This document shows, piece by piece, positions 51,702-64,000 of a stretch of DNA of 64,000 nucleotides (its first letter is position 1; each line of letters starts with the position of its first letter). A model generated the notes under the pieces. It worked only from the letters and a program-made list of their open reading frames with translations. It searched no databases and was not told the origin of the DNA. A program made the translations under genes and the position numbers. Source of the DNA: Vicugna vicugna. Its lineage: Eukaryota. The stretch lies in NCBI GenBank assembly GCA_013265495.1, contig MU058591.1, positions 1 through 64,000 on the forward strand, read 5' to 3'.

Positions 51702-53099
51702 GAAGAAAAACTCCTAAGTGGACCAACATGTCCACCTGGTTTAGAGAGTATCATTAGGAACTGTGATAGAGACATTAGCAAAGATGGACAGGACAGGAGG
51801 GAGCATCTGAGGAATTTTCTTCCCTCAGATGCCACTAAAATGAGAACTGAACCAAACTGCCTATTTCTTGAATAAGGAACTATAGCAACAGAATGGGAAA
51901 GATTTGAAAGAATTTCTCAGCTGCAAAATTTCACTCTAGGGACTATGTCTTTGAATAGGTTCTGTCTACGTAAATTGAAAATGAAATTAAGCATTTTCAG
52001 AGATTTTTCAATTCCTCCCCTGCCAGCATTTCCCAAATCTCCTGCACTAGCAAATGCTCCATATAATGCTCAATATGGTTCTCGATATAACATGGCCTTG
52101 AAAGGACCTGCCCCCACCACTCCCTCAAGTAGTAGTAGGTGGCTATTTATTACATTTCATTCAAGGTTGTCATATATACTTTCTCTACTGTGATATAATT
52201 TAGGAGGTGTTTTTTAATACCTTAAAATTGGACTGATAATGAGAACAATGACTCAGCAGAAATTTCTAACAATTTCAGATAGGAGTATAAGTGATAAGAT
52301 GAATCAATATGAGACTCTCTGAGAAGTTTGGGACTGGTTACAAACAATATATTATTTTTATCAAGTCACAATTAATGTGCCCTAGCTCCCATCTAATTGT
52401 GTCCTAAGACAGTGATCCCATTTAAGAATTCTTCCAGACTCTTTCAGTGTTCTGTAATAATCTCCAATTGCTTAAGAGCTGAAGAGTTGACTCCTGAAGT
52501 ATTTAGTGTAAATCTACATAAAATAAATGTTTTAAGAGGTGTAAATAGTTTCTTATTTTCTCTTCTCAATAAATAAGATTAAAAATAGCAAGCAAATAGT
52601 ATTCATCGACAGGTTATCAATTTCTTGTGGGCAGGCATGTTTCTTCCCAATCATTTTCCATTATACTTAGAATAAAATCCAGATTCCTTGCCATGTTGTA
52701 AAGGAACCATCTTACATACAATGGGTCCTAGCAACACCATCTTCTACCACCTTCTTCCCTCCTGGGTCAGCTGCAGTTACACTTAAGCAACTTGGATGCT
52801 GCTGCTCAAATATACCAAGCAAGTTTCTGACTTGGGTCTATGGCTCCATTTACTTTATTTTGGATCCTACTCAATCAAATACTATTTCTCCAGGTCTTCT
52901 CTGACCATGGGAGCTAATGATTATTCTTATATTTTGAAGTAAAGTGTTAAGTGCTGAGATGATACGTGTCATTCCTGTAAGCACTCTGCCTAGATGGTGA
53001 TTGGCTCATTGTAGGTACTTAATAAATAATTGTAGAGTGAATACACCAATGAATTGGTGTAGTCATCATTCTACTGTTTCACAACCCAGATTTGTTAAT

Positions 53100-54400
53100 G
53101 GTTTTCTTATGATTAGACTTAGGGTAAACACTGGGGTAATTACTCTATCAGTGACACTGTGGATATTATCTATTACTTCACATCAGTAGACATATTATAT
53201 CAGCTTTTCCTAATAATTATCAAAATGAAGGCTGCCAGAAAGCTCATGTGGAAAGTTCTCATTTGTCTTTGTTATCTGCAAGTACATAGTTAATAGTTAT
53301 TTATTGAGACTGAATATTTTGTCCCTCAATAATTCTTCAACCAAAAAGTTCAGTATCCTTTGATGACCCTTGTCTTAATCAATGGCACTCATGGTTGCAA
53401 AAGAGTGTTTTATTTAATTCTGTATGTATTCCTCCTAAATGCATTAGTTGATATTTTTCTGTAAAGAAGAGTTCCCTCTATCTTGCTTTCTTCTTTTTGT
53501 CTCTTCCTTTTCTTTTCTTTTTTTTTTGAGTATTGCTATGAGTTTATGGATTCTCTTATATTCTATGTATTCTAATCCATTATAGACATTTTTTCAGTGC
53601 TTTTATTGTCTAAATTTGGCCAGTGAAAGCTTCTCCTTTTGATAATTCCAATCAACTCATTTTTTATTTTTTAAATTTTTTGTATTTTTCCTACTTCTTT
53701 TCCAGCACAAGATGTTATAGGCTCAACTTGTACTTTCTTTGACCCTGTCTTAGATTCAGCCATTTGTCCATAGGGCTCTGTTTCTTTCAATGGGGAGTGG
53801 TACTTAGAAACCAAGATCTGAAAACTCATTGTGCCTATTTTACTAAAGTCTTTGCTTCTAGGAAATTTGACTGAATAGAGCTAGGAATTACATAAAATCA
53901 TAAGATTATATGGCAATCTTCCATTGAGATGCAGCGCTACAGAGCTTTCTCCTCATCTTCCCCATTCTTTTCACACTTTTATATATATTCACAGTGAAAA
54001 TCCTGGCTCTGAATAGTCAATATATTTACTCATTTGCTCAGTTCTAAAATTTATACAAGAGTGCAAAGTTATGGTTAACAATAAACTTACTAAGGGAAAT
54101 TCATATTTTATTTTGTTTTTTCCTTAGAATATGTCTTACTAAATTTGTGCAATTCATGCACTGTGCTAAAAAGTTATATATTTTTCATGTGGGATTATAT
54201 TGTATTTTATACACAGCAATGTTCCTTCACTTTTGTTTATATTCATATTTAAGGTTTACATTTTCATTCTTTTTTACTTAATTTTATTTTTTGTATATAA
54301 AACCTGGTCCACAAGCCAATATTTTGTAATATAGACATGTTTATTTATTTACCCAGAGAAGTCTTACTCCCATTCCCCTCTTACTCCACCATTACCAACT
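53100..54400 (-). mobile_element. Old L1 (L1MC4/5-like) 3' UTR
   Basis: TGTAAAGAAGAGTTCCC...AAATTTGGCCAGTGAAAGC...CACAAGATGTT...TTCAGCCATTT...TTAGAAACCAAGATCTG. Confidence 0.7.
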
Positions 54401-54423
54401 CCCGAAGCCCCACACATTTTGTG

Positions 54424-54786
54424 TGTTAAAAATGATATTTTAAAGAAGAAACTGTAGGTGCTAGGAACAAACTCTACTTAACACTTTCTGAAGCAGACAA
54501 TCTCCATTCAGAGAACTTCAAAATGGGCAGGAGGCAAGAAGCTTTTATAGGATCAAGAAAGAGAAAAATATAAAATATCTGGTTGGCTGGGACCACATAG
54601 TCAACCTTGTTTGGAATGTTAAGACCCAGACTTGGTTTGGGGTGTGGGAAGTGGCTTGCTGGATATACTGTGTGTCTGGTTGGAGCATTTATTTACATTG
54701 ACATCAAAGTTATCTGTTTTTGGTTTACTGATGTGACACCCTGGGGAAGAATCAGCTCAGTCTTGGGCCAAAAAGTTATTTCACCA
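54424..54786 (-). mobile_element. Class I ERV solo LTR, same family as the LTRs at 56264 and 58460
   Basis: Reverse complement shares AAATAACTTT..GGCCCAAG, CCAAACAAGGTTGA.TATGTGG.CCCA.CCAACCA, TGTCTGCTTCA.AAAGTGTTAA and TAGCACCTA...TTTTTAACA with the two + strand LTRs. Confidence 0.85.
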
Positions 54787-56552
54787 ACCTAATCTTACAA
54801 AATTAAATATAAAAAAATTTGAAATAGTTGTTAAACTGGTGTTCTAATAAGAGAACTCTCCAGTGCATGCAGGTAAGTATCTGTTCAGTGTGTGTTGGGG
54901 GGGACAACTGCAGTAGGCTCATGGCTACGAGCAGTGGTTACATAGTGGCAGGCTGTCAACAGCTAGGATATCATTATTAGCAATCTTGTCTTTCCTCTTA
55001 TAATTCAATAGAACAACTAAGAAGTGTAGATGAAACTGCCCAAGGAGATGGATGTCAAAAATGCGTCGAGTGCTAGTTTCTGAGATTAAGAAAATGTGAA
55101 ACTGCTTAACAGGTTAGTCTGCCTTGGCATTCAGTGCTGCATCATATAGCATACTCTGTTAGCGTCCTCATGCACAGGCTTCTCTACATGGGCCTCACCT
55201 GTTCACCCTTTATGATTCGGGATGCAGTGCATAATGAATTTCTCTGGTAGCCGTATTTGAGGACATGTGTCTATTGGTCACTTCTGACTAAAGCCTTAGG
55301 AAGACTGTTGTGTATGTACTTCTGTCTGTTTTTTGTTTTTTGTTTTTTGTTTTTTCTCATTTACAAGTTTACCTTCAAATCCTGATTTTATAAAAAGCTC
55401 ATGATTATTATTCTCTCTCTCTCTTTTTTTTAGTATGATCAAAGGTCTAGTTGTTTGTATACCATAATAACAAGTTTATTTTTAATTAATTAATTAATTT
55501 TTTAGTTGAATTTCTATGTAGTAGAAAATACTCATTGGTAGATGATTTCAAAATTTCTGTCTGGTAAATGAAGAAATTTTCTGAAATGTGCTTCTGAGTT
55601 CATTTTTTCTCTTTCTAATTTAGCTCTCAAAAACCTTTAAATAAAACATGACATAATTTGCTTTTTGTGTTGTTGGAAAAGGCTTAGAAGTAACTGGTGA
55701 AGGTTTTTAGAACGAGAACAAACTTTTAAATTACTTCCAAATTTTAGATACTCTGTATTATAAGAAATGGTTAAAAGGGAAGAAATTTGTCAACAAAAGT
55801 TTCCACTTATGTATTTTTCATGGAATATAAAGTGTTATAATATTAAGGAGGGAAATTTTGTAATAAATAACAAAGCATCTTACACGTGTATCCTTTCAGT
55901 CAACAGTACCATTTCTAGCCATGTACACTGGAGATAAACATTCAATAATAAAAAACTATATGTACACAAGGTGGTTTATTTTAGTAATTTTATAATAAAA
56001 TGTATGACAAATAACCTCAGTGTTCAGCTATAAGAGATGAGTTGAATAAAATATAAACACATACATAAAATAGAGTAATAGCAGTGTAAAGGTTGAGGAG
56101 TATCTCTATGAACAGAACTGATACAGATTTATTTTAATAAAGCAAAGCAGAATGCAAAATTAGGTTTAATAATGAGAGGAAATAAGACTATATTTAAAAA
56201 CTTGACTTTTTTTTTCTTCCAAAAATGAACTCAGGAGGTAAACCAGAAAAATTGGTGAGCTGGTGTTAAAATCACTTTCTAGGCCCAAGATCCAAGATGG
56301 AGCCAGTCCTGTCCAGGGTGTCATGTCAGCAAATTGAAATTTAGATAAGGTTTGTGTCCTATAAACGCTTACTTGATACAAATGCATTCACTGAGCCTGT
56401 CCCCAAACACTAAGCTGACTGTGAGCCATCTCACCCCAAACAAGGTTGAGTATGTGGCCCCAACCAACCATGTATTTTTCTGTTCCTATCTTTTCTTGTC
56501 TATCCCATTTTGCATTTCTCCAAGTAAGACTGTCTGCTTCATGAAATGTTCT

Positions 56553-56640
56553 GTTTTTCTAGTTGAAATATAGTTGCTTTACAAAATTATACTCTAGTTT
56601 AATTTTAGGTGTGCAGCACAGTGATTCAGTATTTTTACAG
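56553..56640 (-). mobile_element. Short L1 3' end at the break point of the ERV 5' LTR
   Basis: TTTTTCTAGTTGAAATATAGTTGCTTTACAAAATTATA...GGTGTGCAGCACAGTGATTCAGTATTTTTACAG. Confidence 0.75.
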
Positions 56641-57808
56641 TTAATACTGAATCAATATAAAAAGCTTATTATTTTGTGGGAAAGAAATCTGGAGAAAGGA
56701 ATTTTATGTGTAGTCAAACTGGCTAAGGTTGGAATAGCTTTATTTAAAAGTTTTCTTTTTTTAAAATGACTTTTAGCATCAAAATTTAGAATATGATTTT
56801 CTCTTTGTTAAAAGGGCAAAGTTCAATTAGATTATTGATCTCTTCTTAATAAGAAATTGTAAAGAAAGGTTTTTCTTTACCTTTTAAGTAATCTACTTGA
56901 AAAACAAAGATTTTGTATCTCTCCAAAACAATTTACTCTGCTTCATGTTGTCTTTATCAGGTTTCTGAGTACTTATGAAAACCTAGGTTTCTCGGTATTA
57001 AAAGAGCCAAGTTTGCTTAAAACCATGTAGCTTTCTGTCTTTGCCTTTGAAGTCTTTGTCACTTTGGGTTAAATGGATATTTTTGAACAACTTCCCCAAA
57101 TCAAATTCTAAAGGAAGCCTTTTTGAACCCAAACTAATTATTTAGAGGGCCCCTGGAACATTGCAAAAGACTTGTTTTCTTTAGTTTTAAAAAGACAATT
57201 GTTAAACTAATTAGGCTTATTTGATAGGCTAAATTACATGGGAAGGGTTGTCAAATAAGAAGTTATGCCAGACTTATTTAGATTATATTTGTATAGTTAT
57301 ATATTATCAATACAAGTATTCTAGAAATGGTATAAAATTCCTAAAACTCTGACATGTCCTGGTAGAATGTTATCAGTCATTATTCCAGTTATTATCTTAA
57401 AATGTTGTATGTCACTGAAATAACCAATTTTCCTTGTCCAGTTGTTCATTACAATAAACTCTTCATAGACCTTTACCCATGGGCATTTTTAAGTCATCTG
57501 CCATTTACAGACAGTTACTGTTGTACTCTTATGCTTTTGCACAAGTGAGATTCATGAAGAGGTCCCTGCCAAGTATTCCTGACCACTGCCATAGCTGCCA
57601 AATTACCAAAAACCTTAGATGCATTTTTCACAACTGAGAAAGGTTTCCCATATTTAGTTCTGTATAAATGCAGACCTCAACAATCAAACTGACCAGGGAG
57701 AGAACTAGCCAACATCAAGGTAGACTGCTTCCTCCCAACACATTAGACTAAGGCTTTTTTTCCATTTCTCCTTCCCTCTCTGGCCATCATTTTCCTAATT
57801 CTTATACC

Positions 57809-58314
57809 ATGAAGGTCTTTATGACTGTTTTTTCCACCTTTTTTCTTGCCCTGGTCACATGTTTTAGGCCACTGCAAAGGAGGATAATCCATCCTCCAAC
57901 AGACTGTTGGATTTGCTACAATGCCAGTGATCCTGTATTTCTTTCTGTCCATCAGAAAATTCTCCCTGATTTCTGATGCCTCAGTTTCTCTGGAGCAAGC
58001 TCTTTGGATAAACACTTCAAGGGAAGTGGAGACACAGTTACACAAAATAACTAAACAGACCAACTGGCTTAAAGAAGTATCCTCCTCTTCAGAATCACTT
58101 CTTGTCTTACTTGATTCTAGCTGGCTTGGATCATGGGGGCCCTGGCTCAGAAGTGCTCTCCAAACCCTGGGCATTGTTTGCTGCTAATAATGATTATTGT
58201 CTCCCTGATGTGCTGCATTCTTTCAAAAGTTTTAAATGCATATGGGCAGCCATGGACCAGCTGATAGATGGTCTCCCTATGACTGGAATGACAAAAAAGA
58301 ACGAAAGAATGTAA
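57809..58314 (+). pseudogene. env: Retroviral env remnant: signal-peptide-like segment with CWIC motif, then TM C-terminal part
   Basis: 57809-57976 reads MKVFMTVFSTFFLALVTCFRPLQRRIIHPPTDCWICYNASDPVFLSVHQKILPDF*; from ~58004 another frame reads WINTSREVETQLHKITKQTNWLKEV...WLGSWGPWLRSALQTLGIV, typical of a gamma-type TM ectodomain end and membrane anchor. Confidence 0.75.
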
Positions 58315-60949
58315 CCAGCTCCAATAATACGAGGCTGTCGTTGTCTCTTGAAATACTGCGCTCAGACCTGAAGAGGCAGTGGTGACTGAGAGTCGAACCG
58401 AGACTGCTATTTTGATTGAATGTCTTGAATAGTCAAAATGATGGTCAGAATTGAGGAGGGGTTAAAATAACTTTCTAGGCTCAAAAGGGAACTGCTCCTT
58501 CTTGGGATGACCCATTGGCAAACTGAAACTTAGATAACTTTTGTGTCCCTGTAAATGTTTGACTTTACCAGAAACAAAAGTATATCCAGCCAGCCAATCC
58601 CCCAATGTCAGGTCATCTCTGCACCTTCCCACCCCAGACAAGGTCAACTGTATGGCCCCAGCCATTCAGATATTTTCTATTCTTCTCATTGTTCTGTATT
58701 TTTTACCCTACAAAAGCTTTCCTGCCTTCTGCCCCATTTTGCAGTTCTCAGAATGAAGTCTGTCTGCTTCATAAAGTGTTAAATAAAGTTTGTCTGTAGC
58801 ACCTAAATTGTCTTCTTTAATCATTTTTTTAACAATGCTAATCCACTTTACAGTTCACATTCAAGTACTAATTGACAGTGTATATTCCTAGGCAATGCTA
58901 TCATTCATGTTGGTTTAATTCACAACTAACCAGGTGGTGCAAATTCAGATTATATGTTCAATTACTTTAGTATGTTGTTTGTCTTCAGTACCTGTCATCA
59001 ACCAAATGTTTCTCTGTTTTATAGGTGTAATGAATTTTTGTGGCAATTATGTTGTCGTAAATCATCCTGATGTCGACCTTACCAAATAAGTTTTGCCTGT
59101 ATTTTAACACCTAAATTATCAAATTGTAACATTCAGCTAAAATGAAATTATTATAAAAGTAAATTCCTTGAGACCAATTTGCATTTTTCTGTCAGTAAGT
59201 ATACATTGTAAATTTGAGGAGTGGAACAAGATTTGCCATTTTAAGTAAATTCCCTAGTCATTTTAGTGGGCACAACACAAAGGGAAAGCAACATAATATA
59301 AGATTCGTCTCCTGTTATACCACTTAAAGGGACTCTTGTTTTGGATAGTAGAAGGCACAGTTTTTTTTTAGTGAAAATATTTATTAAAAGAAACAAAAGA
59401 TCATTTCTATTACAATTTCCTTCCAAAAAATAATTGACTTCAGTCATATTTTATCTCATATTTTAGCTATCAATTCACGCTTTGGGAAGTTTCAGAAAGA
59501 TTCTATTTCAATGTAAAATTTCACTGTATATTTTCTGATTGGTTTGCCATACCTTTGCCAACAGCTCCCTCTATGTTCCATAACACAGATACTTATTGTT
59601 CATGCTCTGAAAAACCCCCCCTCAGAAAAGAACTGAAGCTATTTGGTATTATGCAAAAGAACCCTTGGAACATAGCTTTCTAGTTGACCCTGTTTTAAAA
59701 AATGTGTCTCATTGTTTAGACTTTTATTACTATTTTTTTAGGGATGATTCATTAAGCTTTTATTCTAATGGCACCGTATACATACAATTACCCTAACGTA
59801 GAAAAAACTGGGATCATGCAGGTTGATATTATGCAGTAACATATTAGTCTAGTTTCTTGTTACTTGAAGTCATATATATCCTCTGTTTTTATTTATGCTT
59901 TGCTAGTAGGATAAAACCAGTCTGGCTTAGACTTTTGAAATATAATATGATAAAAGGGAATATTTTTGTTAATAAACAAAGCTTATGTATTAGCAAGTGG
60001 AAAAAGCTGACAGCCCAACCCCTGTGGCCACCTCTAATCAAAGAAATTATAAAATGTTTGCCTTTTTAGTGGGAAAACAGTTCAGATGGTGATACATGAA
60101 ATACAGTTTCACAATTGTTTTTGTTTATGTTTGTGGGTGGCAACTCCAAAACAACAGAACTGCCAAACCTTTTTCCTGTAGAGTCATTAAGTAACCACTG
60201 TTCTAGTCCTTCTTGAGCTAAGACGTGACTTCAGAATCCTTCCCAACACAATTCTCCTTGCAGTCACAAAGTTTGATATAAGGTAAAAGCTACTTTTCAT
60301 TTTTGTTAATATTTCCTATTGGATAATAAATATTAAATTTTGCTGAAGCAATTGTTCTAATTTTTTTATATACTGGTTTGAGAGTTGGAAGTACAATTAT
60401 CATACTAGTTTTATAAAAAGAGTTTTAAATTAGAGGTCTTTTTCTAGAATTACAGTTTAAAGTTAATTTGAAAGTATTTCATTCCCTTATATTAAAATTC
60501 TATTCTGATCTCTAATAAGGGACTTGTTCTAAAGTTACTTGGTTATGCCAAAACGTAAATATAGAACAGCGGTGAACTTACGTGGGATAAAAAGTATAGA
60601 AAGTTGATCATTTCAAAACATATATACCCAAATAGAAAGCACATTGAAACACCTGGTTTTCTTATGAAAAATATTTTTCACAATGACCCAAATGAAGAGT
60701 AATTATGCTTCCTGTTTTTACAACTGGTAAATTGAAGCACAGAAAATACAAGTAATTTACCTAAGTCATACAGCTAATTTATGACGAAGTTGAAATGCCC
60801 TCTAGATTTGCTTGACTTCCAAGATGGTATTCTTAACTCTCTCAAGATATTTTTTCCTTTTCTTTTTTAAGTTGGCCTATAAACATATAAAAGTTTTAAT
60901 GGGAGAGACTACGCTATATAATTATACGCAAAATATATGGTACATAGAC

Positions 60950-61740
60950 ATAGTTTAATAATTATAAAAAAGTAATATAAATTACTTTACAAATGACTTT
61001 AAGTGAAAGTGTGCTAGAGAAAAAGGTTTACATCATGTTTACCAGTCAAAAGACTAATGTCTCTAATGTAAAAATGAGCCTTACAAGTGAAAAAGCCACA
61101 TTCAAATATCCCAGCAGTAAAACCAGGAAATATGAACAGAGAATACAGAGAAGAAGAAATACAAAGAGCTTATCAACTGACCAATCTCACCAGTAGTCCA
61201 AGAACAACAAGTAAATCTAAAAATAAGATGTTGTATATTGCTTGCCTACTGGAAAAACATTTTTATAGATAGATAAAAACTTGTGTTGGGTAAGAGTTAG
61301 TGTATACACTGATAATAGAATCATACATTATGTTAACCTTTTGGAAGGACTGTGTATACATTTTAATTCAATTCTACATTTACTAATCTATCCATTAACA
61401 TACAAAAATGTGTATGAAGATACACATTACAAATTTATGTATAAAAACCAGGAAAAATTGTTCAAATTTTGAAAATGTTTAAGGACGGTACTGATCATCA
61501 TGTTGTGGAACAAAATAATGGGGGTTGAATTTACACTGAAGAATGTGCATAATATATTGCTGGAAACAAAAATTATGACCTAATAAAGTGTATGAAATGT
61601 TATCTTTTTTAGCTATTAATTACAATGGTTATTCATAGGCAATGAGAATTAGAAAGAATAAAGGGAATTCATGGATTCTACTTCTGTATTTTTAATTTTC
61701 AAATATGTATATTTTTATTAAATAAAAGTAACTTTTGAAA
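60950..61740 (+). mobile_element. Very old L1 (L1ME-like) 3' remnant
   Basis: A-rich with decayed ORF2-end motifs (GGAAATATGAACAGAGAATACAGAGAAGAAGAAATACAAA, AACCTTTTGGAAGG). Confidence 0.5.
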
Positions 61741-62375
61741 GTATTTTTCCATTGCAGAATTACTCTCTTCTCATGAGTAAGTGCAGCAAAAATAATCCTA
61801 AAAAGTTCAAAAGAAAATAGCAAAGCTAGGTACATTTTAATGAGTCTCTAAGTCACATCTGCTTATATGTAAAATTACACCTGAATAGAAAAGGAGAAAA
61901 TCATTTCAGAAGAAAAACATGGCAGTATGAATTTGAAAGCATTGCTTCTCCAAAATACAAAAACAAATGACAACATTATATAAGGAAAGTAAATTTAATA
62001 TACAGCAATTTAAGTGCCTCTCCAGGAGATCAAGTGTCATCTCTATCTATACTTCACAGGAGAATATATATTTCAAATGTTGTAGGGAAATCTGGAAAAT
62101 TAAGCAATATTTGAGCCATCACCAAAAAAATAAAATAGCAACTTCGCTGTACAAACAAAACAATTAAAGGATACCCAAAGGCTAAATTTCTTATCTTCTT
62201 TTCTTATTGCCATGTCTTGTTCATTTTTTTCACATTATTACATTCCACCAGAATAAATATGTACTTTTCTTAAGTACCAAGATTTGCTCAAGAGGCTCCT
62301 CTACCTAGAGTCTCAAGGTTAGGCTATTTAACAAACTCAAATTCTCAGGTGCTTACAATAAACAAGTGTTTACTT

Positions 62376-62910
62376 TTTTTAAGATATCAGTTTTTAGAGC
62401 AATTTTAGGTTCAGAGCAAAATTAAGAAGAAGGTATAAAGATTTTCTGTACACTTTCTGCTCCTACACATACAGTCTCCTTCACTGCCATCATTCCCCAC
62501 TAGAGTGGTACATTTGTCACAGTTTATGAAACCACATTGATACACCATGATCACCCAAAGCCCGTAGTTTGCATTAGAATTACTGAGTGTTGTACATTCT
62601 TTGAGTTTGGACAAATGTATAATGACATGTATCCATCATTATTGTACCATGCAGAGTATTTTCACTGCCCTGAAAATACTCTGTTCTCTGCGTATTTTCT
62701 TTCTCCCTTGGCAACCACTAGTATTTTTTACTATCTCCACAGTTCTGTCTCTTCCAGAATCTCATATAGTTGGAATGATACATGGTGGAGGCTTTTCAGA
62801 TTGGTTTACTTCCCTTAATAATGTGCATTTACAGTTCCTCCCTATCTTGTAATGGCTTGATATTTCACTTTTTTCAGTGCTGTGTAATAATTCATTATGT
62901 GGATGTACCC
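62376..62910 (-). mobile_element. L1MC-like 3' UTR
   Basis: TTTTTAGAGCAATTTTAGGTTCA...AGAGTGGTACATTTGTCACA...CACCCAAAGCCCGTAGTTTGCATTAG...TTCCAGAATCTCATATAGTTGGAAT. Confidence 0.85.
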
Positions 62911-64000
62911 CAGTTAATGTATTGACCAACATAATTGTGAACATACATTACAATCTGTCACTGTGGTTGGATTATATAGAACAGATCAATCACATTTTTG
63001 TTACCCTATACTTTTTTTATCCTCTAAAAAAAAATCACTCCAGTGTTCAAAGAAGTTGTCAGATAAAACACATGGGCACTCACACACATGCACAAGCACA
63101 CACACACAGAGTTAATCAATCACTGAGAGCCTATTTCCACCTTTAGCAAGACTGAAATGTTTAATAATAAACATTTGGGTACCTCAAGGATGGCATTCTA
63201 TTAGAAGTGTTGGTTGTATTATGAAACTAGAACAAGTATGAAATGTGCTCTTACTTTGTGCTCAATGAATACTTGAAAGAACCTTTTCTGTGAATGTTAT
63301 CTCTTGTGAATCTAGAATTGGTTTTAGCATGCCTGGAAATTCTCAGCCTTAGTCACTGTCAAACACATATTTCTTGGAAAGATTATTACCATAGAACCAA
63401 TCTTCAATGTGAGACAACTTTCATGTCTCATTGATAATTCAGACATACTTAGTCTAAGACTTAATTTTCGGTCCTGAATAATGAATACAGAAATTTATGA
63501 ATGGTATTCTCTAATTAGTATTTTATGTTATATTTAGTGCCATACATTTGTCTGTGTGCCTCATGACCTAAAAACTCAATCATGATTATAAAACATGTGT
63601 GGAAGATTTTACACATAGTTCAAATTGGATATGAACAAATTCAACATCATAAGCTTATAATTTAATCAAGCAGACACACTACAAATAAAAAGGAATATTA
63701 ATTGCAAAATATTTCACAAATAAAGTAATGCTTCTGAAGGTATTGCTTGAAAGAAACCGGCAGAAAATGGAAGACTTTGGGGATATCAGTAAAGCAGGGG
63801 CAATACCTCATCTTTCTGTTTCCCTACACATGGCTTCTAGTATGTTATGAATTATAATCCATTTTAGTAAATATTTGTAAGCTTACTAACATTATGAATG
63901 TGAAAGAGAAATGACTGAGTTAAAAGTTATATTGGTTTCCCTAAAGGAATTAAAGTTTAATTTGACATTTATTGATCAGTAAAACCTAGCTGAGAAATAG

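Larger units (their letters stand above)
56264..58834 (+). mobile_element. Internally deleted class I (MER4-group-like) ERV: truncated 5' LTR 56264-~56550, internal region ~56645-58459, 3' LTR ~58460-58834
   Basis: Two related LTRs beginning (T/G)GTTAAAAT.ACTTTCTAGGC; purine tract GAGGAGGG before the 3' LTR; AATAAA and terminal ...TTAACA in the 3' LTR; env remnants between them. Confidence 0.85.

Noticed and set aside
54869..54878. Perfect donor CAG|GTAAGT beside the solo LTR
   Set aside because: Opposite strand to the LTR and no convincing paired acceptor; isolated 9-mers occur by chance.
57743..58174. 143-aa minus-strand ORF in the ERV
   Set aside because: Antisense to the env remnant; no homology recognised.
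2500..64000. Remaining 60-130 aa ORFs as host-gene exons, and any tRNA/rRNA/snRNA genes
   Set aside because: The ORFs lie in repeats or have low-complexity AT-driven composition with no recognisable homology. No structured RNA gene was recognised. Small exons of a host gene cannot be excluded by eye.

Overview
Mammalian, AT-rich, gene-poor DNA. The young L1 3' ends and the absence of Alu, Bov-tA, PRE or Can-SINEs point to a cetartiodactyl, probably a camelid (inference from recall, not a search). I find no intact protein-coding gene. Three processed pseudogenes are recognisable. A RIMS3 retrocopy (+, runs off the left edge) is fused tail-to-tail, with no poly(A), to a UBASH3B/STS-1 retrocopy (-). 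The UBASH3B copy has a non-canonical 5' segment and stops at an unspliced 5' splice site. A CHTOP retrocopy (+) has a poly(A) tail, TSD and a CpG-rich 5' UTR. The rest is L1/L2/MIR/MaLR/ERV/MER5 repeats plus a few non-repetitive blocks that look like enhancers. Most notable oddities: the RIMS3-UBASH3B chimera, whose geometry fits neither ordinary TPRT nor twin priming; a micro-inversion splitting an MLT1B LTR; a deleted class I ERV with a fused SU/TM env remnant and three related LTRs; and a degenerate 87-bp palindrome resembling ancient amniote MITEs. I see no evidence for a new multi-gene biological system. Repeat family names and reference proteins are from memory and need RepeatMasker/BLAST confirmation.
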